From: Histomonas meleagridis 2922-C6/04-290x
Taxonomy: Eukaryota > Protista > Parabasalia
DNA length: 64,000 bases
Direction: 5' to 3'
Assembly (NCBI GenBank): GCA_020184695.1
Contig: JAANOX010000247.1
Span: 1-64,000, forward strand
Shown: positions 55,835 through 64,000 of the stretch, in pieces
Layout: the number at the start of each line of letters is the position of its first letter
Numbering within the stretch: the first letter of the stretch is position 1
Made by a program: the position numbers and the translations under genes
Notes under the pieces: model-generated
What the model saw: the letters and a program-made list of their open reading frames with translations, nothing else
Told to the model about the DNA's origin: nothing
Databases searched by the model: none

Positions 55835-57398
55835 AAAACTCAACAACAACAACAACAGCAACAACAACAACAACAACAACAACAACAAAAAGCACCAGTC
55901 AAACCAGTAACCAAAAAAGAAGAAACAGATTATTCGTATTACACATCGGAAGAAGAAACAAAACAAAGTGTTAAACCAGTACAACAGAAACCACAACAAC
56001 AACAACAACAACAAAAAGCTCAACAACAACAACAACAACAACAACAAAAGGCACCAGTCAAACCAGTAACCAAAAAAGAAGAAACAGATTATTCGTATTA
56101 CACATCAGAAGAAGAAACAAAACAAAGTGTTAAACCAGTACAACAGAAGCAACAACAACAACAACAACAACAAAAAACTCAACAACAACAACAACAGCAA
56201 CAACAAAAGGCACCAGTCAAACCAGTAACCAAAAAAGAAGAAACAGATTATTCGTATTACACATCAGAAGAAGAAACAAAACAAAGTGTTAAACCAGTAC
56301 AACAGAAGCAACAACAACAACAACAACAACAAAAAGCTCAACAACAACAACAACAACAAAAGGCACCAGCCAAACCAGTTGCAAAGAAAGAAGAAACAGA
56401 TTATTCGTATTACACATCAGAAGAAGAAACAAAACAAAGTGTTAAACCAGTACAACAGAAGCAACAACAACAACAACAACAAAAAACTCAACAACAACAA
56501 CAACAACAACAAAAGGCACCAGCCAAACCAGTTGCAAAGAAAGAAGAAACAGATTATTCGTATTACACATCAGAAGAAGAAACAAAACAAAGTGTTAAAC
56601 CAGTACAACAGAAGCAACAACAACAACAACAACAAAAAGCTCAACAACAACAACAACAGCAACAACAAAAGGCACCAGTCAAACCAGTAACCAAAAAAGA
56701 AGAAACAGATTATTCGTATTACACATCAGAAGAAGAAACAAAACAAAGTGTTAAACCAGTACAACAGAAACCACAACAACAACAACAACAACAAAAAGCT
56801 CAACAACAACAACAACAACAAAAGGCACCAGCCAAACCAGTTGCAAAGAAAGAAGAAACAGATTATTCGTATTACACATCAGAAGAAGAAACAAAACAAA
56901 GTGTTAAACCAGTACAACAGAAGCAACAACAACAACAACAACAACAACAAAAAACTCAACAACAACAACAACAACAACAAAAGGCACCAGCCAAACCAGT
57001 TGCAAAGAAAGAAGAAACAGATTATTCGTATTACACATCAGAAGAAGAAACAAAACAAAGTGTTAAACCAGTACAACAGAAGCAACAACAACAACAACAA
57101 CAACAAAAAGCTCAACAACAACAACAACAGCAACAACAAAAGGCACCAGTCAAACCAGTAACCAAAAAAGAAGAAACAGATTATTCGTATTACACATCGG
57201 AAGAAGAAACAAAACAAAGTGTTAAACCAGTACAACAGAAACCACAACAACAACAACAACAACAAAAAGCTCAACAACAACAACAACAACAACAAAAAGC
57301 ACCAGTCAAACCAGTAACCAAAAAAGAAGAATCAGATTATTCGTATTACACATCAGAAGAAGAAACAAAACAAAGTGTTAAACCAGTACAACAGAAGC

Positions 57399-57433
<35 letters not shown>

Positions 57434-58550
57434 AAAACTCAACAACAACAACAACAGCAACAAAAAGCTCAACAACAACAACAACAACAAAAAGCACCAG
57501 TCAAACCAGTAACCAAAAAAGAAGAATCAGATTATTCGTATTACACATCAGAAGAAGAAACAAAACAAAGTGTTAAACCAGTACAACAGAAGCAACAACA
57601 ACAACAACAACAACAAAAAACTCAACAACAACAACAACAGCAACAACAAAAGGCACCAGTCAAACCAGTAACCAAAAAAGAAGAATCAGATTATTCGTAT
57701 TACACATCAGAAGAAGAAACAAAACAAAGTGTTAAACCAGTACAACAGAAGCAACAACAACAACAACAACAAAAAGCTCAACAACAACAACAACAGCAAC
57801 AACAAAAGGCACCAGTCAAACCAGTAACCAAAAAAGAAGAAACAGATTATTCGTATTACACATCGGAAGAAGAAACAAAACAAAGTGTTAAACCAGTACA
57901 ACAGAAACCACAACAACAACAACAACAACAAAAAGCTCAACAACAACAACAACAACAACAACAAAAAGCACCAGTCAAACCAGTAACCAAAAAAGAAGAA
58001 TCAGATTATTCGTATTACACATCAGAAGAAGAAACAAAACAAAACACTAAACCAGTACAACAGAAACCACAACAACAACAACAACAACAAAAAACTCAAC
58101 AACAACAACAACAGCAACAACAACAACAACAACAACAACAACAAAAAGCACCAGTCAAACCAGTAACCAAAAAAGAAGAATCAGATTATTCGTATTACAC
58201 ATCGGAAGAAGAAACAAAAAAAAGTGTTAAACCAGTACAACAGAAGCAACAACAACAACAACAAAAAGCTCAACAACAACAACAACAACAACAAAAGGCA
58301 CCAGTCAAACCAGTAACCAAAAAAGAAGAAACAGATTATTCGTATTACACATCGGAAGAAGAAACAAAACAAAGTGTTAAACCAGTACAACAGAAACCAC
58401 AACAACAACAACAACAAAAAGCTCAACAACAACAACAACAACAACAAAAAGCACCAGTCAAACCAGTAACCAAAAAAGAAGAATCAGATTATTCGTATTA
58501 CACATCAGAAGAAGAAACAAAACAAAGTGTTAAACCAGTACAACAGAAGC

Positions 58551-58600
<50 letters not shown>

Positions 58601-58703
58601 AAGGCACCAGCCAAACCAGTTGCAAAGAAAGAAGAAACAGATTATTCGTATTACACATCAGAAGAAGAAACAAAACAAAGTGTTAAACCAGTACAACAGA
58701 AGC

Positions 58704-58744
<41 letters not shown>

Positions 58745-59730
58745 AAGGCACCAGCCAAACCAGTTGCAAAGAAAGAAGAAACAGATTATTCGTATTACAC
58801 ATCAGAAGAAGAAACAAAACAAAGTGTTAAACCAGTACAACAGAAGCAACAACAAAAAACTCAACAACAACAACAACAAAAGGCACCAGTCAAACCAGTA
58901 ACCAAAAAAGAAGAAACAGATTATTCGTATTACACATCAGAAGAAGAAACAAAACAAAGTGTTAAACCAGTACAACAGAAGCAACAACAACAACAACAAC
59001 AAAAAGCTCAACAACAACAACAACAACAAAAAGCACCAGTCAAACCAGTTGCAAAGAAAGAAGAAACAGATTATTCGTATTACACATCAGAAGAAGAAAC
59101 AAAACAAAGTGTTAAACCAGTACAACAGAAGCAACAACAAAAAACTCAACAACAACAACAACAAAAGGCACCAGTCAAACCAGTAACCAAAAAAGAAGAA
59201 TCAGATTATTCGTATTACACATCAGAAGAAGAAACAAAACAAAGTGTTAAACCAGTACAACAGAAGCAACAACAACAACAACAACAACAAAAAACTCAAC
59301 AACAACAACAACAGCAACAACAAAAGGCACCAGTCAAACCAGTAACCAAAAAAGAAGAATCAGATTATTCGTATTACACATCAGAAGAAGAAACAAAACA
59401 AAGTGTTAAACCAGTACAACAGAAGCAACAACAAAAAACTCAACAACAACAACAACAGCAACAACAAAAAGGCACCAGCCAAACCAGTAGCCAAGAAAGA
59501 AGAAACAGATTATTCGTATTACACATCGGAAGAAGAAACAAAACAAAGTGTTAAACCAGTACAACAGAAACCACAACAACAACAACAACAACAAAAAACT
59601 CAACAACAACAACAACAGCAACAACAAAAGGCACCAGTCAAACCAGTAACCAAAAAAGAAGAAACAGATTATTCGTATTACACATCAGAAGAAGAAACAA
59701 AACAAAGTGTTAAACCAGTACAACAGAAGC

Positions 59731-59762
<32 letters not shown>

Positions 59763-61204
59763 AAGGCACCAGCCAAACCAGTTGCAAAGAAAGAAGAAAC
59801 AGATTATTCGTATTACACATCAGAAGAAGAAACAAAACAAAGTGTTAAACCAGTACAACAGAAGCAACAACAACAACAACAACAGCAACAACAAAAGGCA
59901 CCAGTCAAACCAGTAACCAAAAAAGAAGAAACAGATTATTCGTATTACACATCAGAAGAAGAAACAAAACAAAGTGTTAAACCAGTACAACAGAAGCAAC
60001 AACAACAACAACAACAAAAAGCTCAACAACAACAACAACAACAAAAAAAGCACCAGTCAAACCAGTTGCAAAGAAAGAAGAAACAGATTATTCGTATTAC
60101 ACATCAGAAGAAGAAACAAAACAAAGTGTTAAACCAGTACAACAGAAGCAACAACAAAAAACTCAACAACAACAACAACAAAAGGCACCAGTCAAACCAG
60201 TAACCAAAAAAGAAGAATCAGATTATTCGTATTACACATCAGAAGAAGAAACAAAACAAAGTGTTAAACCAGTACAACAGAAGCAACAACAACAACAACA
60301 ACAACAAAAAACTCAACAACAACAACAACAGCAACAACAAAAAGCACCAGTCAAACCAGTAACCAAAAAAGAAGAATCAGATTATTCGTATTACACATCA
60401 GAAGAAGAAACAAAACAAAGTGTTAAACCAGTACAACAGAAGCAACAACAAAAAACTCAACAACAACAACAACAGCAACAACAAAAGGCACCAGTCAAAC
60501 CAGTAACCAAAAAAGAAGAAACAGATTATTCGTATTACACATCGGAAGAAGAAACAAAACAAAGTGTTAAACCAGTACAACAGAAACCACAACAACAACA
60601 ACAACAACAAAAAGCTCAACAACAACAACAACAGCAACAACAAAAGGCACCAGTCAAACCAGTAACCAAAAAAGAAGAATCAGATTATTCGTATTACACA
60701 TCAGAAGAAGAAACAAAACAAAACACTAAACCAGTACAACAGAAACCACAACAACAACAACAACAACAAAAAACTCAACAACAACAACAACAACAGGCAC
60801 CAGCCAAACCAGTTGCAAAGAAAGAGGAGTCAGATTACTCTTACTACACATCAGAAGAAGAAAATCACAATAAATACGAATATCCAGATGAACCTCAAAC
60901 AAAAAATGTTGAGAAAGCTACTATCAAAGGCAGGCCAAGGAATTCCAACACAGAGAAAGTTAAACTTGACAACAATACATTTGATGACAGCGGACCTAAG
61001 CAGGGTGTCTTTGTTCAGGCATCCAACGCGCGCAAGTCGCGAAACAAGCGCCAAAACAACTTCACAAGCACATGGCGCAAGAACCAAGACGTTTTGCTTG
61101 AAGAGAGAGGGCATGGATTCCGTGCTACTAAACTCAAGCTCAAGAACGGTGGATACGGAAATAGAATAGACTTTTCTAAAATTTCTTCGAAGAAGTTTGA
61201 ATAA
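53767..61204 (+). CDS. Giant Nopp140/SRP40-like nucleolar phosphoprotein (about 2,480 aa after bridging three frameshifts)
   Basis: The repeat frame ends EKVKLDNNTFDD...TWRKNQDVLLEERGHGFRATKLKLKNGGYGNRIDFSKISSKKFE* (stop 61202-61204), matching the SRP40_C pattern dNsF...dL...RGKgF..eK.KkK.gsY....Id...S.KF. Alternating acidic-Ser and K/P/A segments as in Nopp140. Frameshifts at about 54764, 59468 and 60045. Confidence 0.8.
53986..60862 (+). repeat. Coding tandem array of about 45 units KAP(V/A)KPV(T/A)KKEE(S/T)DYSYYTSEEETKQSVKPVQQK + variable polyQ
   Basis: Near-identical core of about 100 nt separated by variable (CAA)n tracts; units counted by hand. Confidence 0.97.
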
Positions 61205-61285
61205 ATGAATGAAATTAAAATCTTAAATTTTTTTGGTAAATTATGTTTAACGGCCACTAAACGGTCGAACAAAAAAAATATAAAA

Positions 61286-61486
61286 ATGGGCGAAAATCCC
61301 AACAAAGTCGAAACAATGGAATTCATACAAGCAGTGTCTGAACTAAGGCCGCCAAGTGTTGATCACGATTTTAAGTATCTTGATGAACTTTTCGAATTGT
61401 TAGCAACATTACCATCAGACTTATCTGAAATATCAGAGAATGATTATAAAAAGTTAATTAAAATGGCACAGAGTGAAGCTTTGTAG
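61286..61486 (+). CDS. Small hypothetical protein (66 aa)
   Basis: ATG at 61286 after an A-rich leader; helical amphipathic composition. Confidence 0.4.
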   Translation: MGENPNKVETMEFIQAVSELRPPSVDHDFKYLDELFELLATLPSDLSEISENDYKKLIKMAQSEAL

Positions 61487-61806
61487 TAAATATATATTTT
61501 TAAAATTATAAAAATTGTATTATTTATTTGTTTTTTTAATCCAAATTTGTGTCTTAAAGATGTTATTGTTGTCCAATATCTAAACAGTATACCAATGATC
61601 CTGATTAAATCCACATATTATTTTGCTGAAAAAAATATCACATAAAATAACTGATAATCAACTTCATGTAAATTCTAAAATGCTTTACTAACCGTAAGCT
61701 TTGGTCAATAGAAAAGAATTATGATGAAATTTTAGTTATTTCCTCAGTTACAACAAGTTTGAAGTGTTGTATTGTTGTAAGATCATATAAATGTAAACTA
61801 TTCAAA

Positions 61807-64000
61807 ATGCCATTAACTCCGAAGTTGCTGTTTGTTTTTTTCTTTTATCTTGCTCTTCAAGTAAAGCCTTTATATATTCAAATCCCCGAATTTTCTTCAG
61901 AGGTTTTTTACGAAAAAACGCAGGAACTTCATTTTATTCAAAATTCTTCATCAATCAAGCCAAATATCAAAATCATTGAATCAACAAATTTATATGATCC
62001 TCCATTAGGGATGAAAGAGGTTTGTAAATTTTCATCCCGAATTCCACCTTTTTCAATTTTTAAATCCAAATTTAATTCCAATAATTCAACAGTTTATGTT
62101 GATCAATCATTACAAGGGAGTAGCACCATTGCAGTTTCTATTGAAAGAAATGGTTATTCAGTTTCTTTTACAAATCAACAATCAAATTATTTAATTCTTT
62201 CAAATACCACAACATCCGTAGAAAACTATGAAATTCAATCTTTAGATAATACGGACTTGATTTTTCTTAATAACATTGAAGGGATATTTCATGTTTTTTC
62301 GCAAAAAGAATCATATGTCCCAAAATCAATATGTCCTCGAGACATCAAAATCACATTTCCATTAAAGCCACTTATAGTATTATTTTTCTTTCTCTTCTTT
62401 CTTCGATATATCCAAATTTATTTTTCAAATTATTCGTTCAAACCGATTGAAGGCTTTTGGATCTTTGACAATGACTTAAATCGTATTTATGGGGAGCCAT
62501 TACAACCCGATCCAATTCTCAACAAATACATTGGACATGTTCTTAAGCAAACCAAAATCACTAAAGAGCCATCATCGAATTTTGTTCGACTTCGTCGATT
62601 CCAACAATATTATGAATTCCAACGAACTACTGCATTTCCTCTTGGGAATTATATCTTAGCAGTTAAATGGTTTGAAACACTTCCACCATATCCAAATCAT
62701 GAAGTTCCATTTAGTTGTGAATTTGAATCACAATCGAAACACATTCAAATTATTAACAATCCGAAAATTACATTTGGAGCATTCCGTGAGATTACACCAG
62801 TCCATATATCATTTGTCTTACAAGATAATGTTAAATATGTTGTACAATTACCAGCGACAGTATTACCACCATTTCAACCATTAGGAAGAGTTGTTACAGT
62901 AATAGAATCTGTGTTATATAACTTGATTAAATTACTTAAGAAAAACCCTTATGTTCATACTAATTTATTTGAAATGGTTGATATTTGTGGAAGATTAACT
63001 AACTGTAAAAGAATATTTTTCTTTTTAGGTACAAATCAATTATTATATCAATTTAATAATGAAAATGTCGAACATTTTGATATGAAATTCATTAATAATA
63101 TCCCATCGAAAGTTGATATTAAAAATGGTTTTGTTTATCATGAAAACTTCTTAGAAGATGGTGATACATGTTTTATTAATGTTATTGAAACGGATGCATT
63201 TAAAATTACATCAATCTTCCAATGTGATTATCAAAGAGAACGAAGTGATGATTACTTTGAAACTCATGGTTTCCCTATAGTTAATGCATGTTGTGTATTC
63301 TTATATCAATTAGCTACTCGAAAAGAAGCGTGTTTACAATTCTCACGTTTTATTAATATATTTTCGAATAATGAAACATTTCATTCATATTTCGAAATTT
63401 TATTACCATCGAATAATATAAATTTGTTTTATTCTAAAGCAATAAAAAGTAAGCCAAATACATTCAAAGAATTATTATCATTATTTAAATCTGTTGATAA
63501 ACAATTAGCTAAATCTATTAAAGAAATCATTAATGAAAAAACAAAAGTTTCTCGACGTGTTATATCATCACAAAATGAAGTTGGATTTAATCAATATTAT
63601 TCATTAACAACAACAATTAAAGAAGATTCAAATCAATTAATTATTATATGTTTAATAGAAATTATTACAATATTCATTGAAAAAGAAATTGAATATGAAA
63701 ACACATTACAAGATTTACAATTAGCTATTGAAACAATGGAAGTTAAGAAGTTCTTTATCTTTAATAAAAAGCCTATTTTAGAAAATGATGAATTATATGA
63801 CGAATTAAATGTTGAAGCATCATCTTCATTAGAATTAGAACAATTAGTTAATAAAAAAGATTTAGAGAAATTCAAAGAATTAATCGAAAAAGGAGGAAAA
63901 CAAACAATTCGATTAAATCGTTTTGATGGGGCACAAATTTGGTATTATATTGCATGTGATGATAAACAAGGATATTTATTTAATGTCCATGAAATAGCAG
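61807..64000 (+). CDS. Large membrane protein, 3-prime partial (signal peptide, ectodomain, TM, long cytoplasmic region)
   Basis: Manual translation from ATG 61807 is open to the window end (over 730 codons); signal-like KLLFVFFFYLAL; TM LIVLFFFLFFL near 62370-62410. Absent from the ORF track because no stop falls in the window. Confidence 0.8.
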   Translation, partial: MPLTPKLLFVFFFYLALQVKPLYIQIPEFSSEVFYEKTQELHFIQNSSSIKPNIKIIESTNLYDPPLGMKEVCKFSSRIPPFSIFKSKFNSNNSTVYVDQSLQGSSTIAVSIERNGYSVSFTNQQSNYLILSNTTTSVENYEIQSLDNTDLIFLNNIEGIFHVFSQKESYVPKSICPRDIKITFPLKPLIVLFFFLFFLRYIQIYFSNYSFKPIEGFWIFDNDLNRIYGEPLQPDPILNKYIGHVLKQTKITKEPSSNFVRLRRFQQYYEFQRTTAFPLGNYILAVKWFETLPPYPNHEVPFSCEFESQSKHIQIINNPKITFGAFREITPVHISFVLQDNVKYVVQLPATVLPPFQPLGRVVTVIESVLYNLIKLLKKNPYVHTNLFEMVDICGRLTNCKRIFFFLGTNQLLYQFNNENVEHFDMKFINNIPSKVDIKNGFVYHENFLEDGDTCFINVIETDAFKITSIFQCDYQRERSDDYFETHGFPIVNACCVFLYQLATRKEACLQFSRFINIFSNNETFHSYFEILLPSNNINLFYSKAIKSKPNTFKELLSLFKSVDKQLAKSIKEIINEKTKVSRRVISSQNEVGFNQYYSLTTTIKEDSNQLIIICLIEIITIFIEKEIEYENTLQDLQLAIETMEVKKFFIFNKKPILENDELYDELNVEASSSLELEQLVNKKDLEKFKELIEKGGKQTIRLNRFDGAQIWYYIACDDKQGYLFNVHEIA

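Noticed and set aside
54329-60643. Many poly-N and poly-L ORFs in alternative frames and on the minus strand
   Set aside because: They are shadows of the CAA-rich repeat gene.
53986-60862. CRISPR-like appearance (constant repeat with variable spacers)
   Set aside because: The spacers are only (CAA)n tracts in a continuous coding frame, the repeats are about 100 nt, there are no cas genes, and the context is eukaryotic.

Overview
AT-rich, intron-poor eukaryotic DNA, almost certainly from a parabasalid protist (Trichomonas/Tritrichomonas-like). The clues are Inr-type TCAYTT promoters, TAAA overlapping stop codons, and the DUF3447-ankyrin, BspA, legumain, Myb and Spg1 families. About 25 intact housekeeping genes are present, including LRR-PP2C, FKBP15-like, eIF2B-epsilon, Hsp90, a chromo-shadow protein, a TPH cilia protein, legumain, a gamma-tubulin complex subunit, Myb, Spg1/Tem1, WDR82-like, an inositol 5-phosphatase, GCN5, TPK1 and a Hrd1-like RING ligase. 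Three regions stand out. (1) 13.5-19.8 kb is a pile-up of decayed mobile elements: a Mutator/Kolobok-type transposase, a CRESS-DNA-virus-like Rep helicase, a Maverick/Polinton-type packaging ATPase cassette, fused mariner and IS481-like remnants, and a MITE. (2) 34.67-35.68 kb is an ankyrin array in which five of six repeat junctions carry an 80-nt, frame-breaking spacer with conserved ends and no usable GT-AG splice pair. (3) 53.8-61.2 kb is a giant Nopp140/SRP40-like gene with about 45 acidic/basic/polyQ repeats, recognisable only after bridging three frameshifts. All family assignments come from manual translation and motif recognition; no database search was run.
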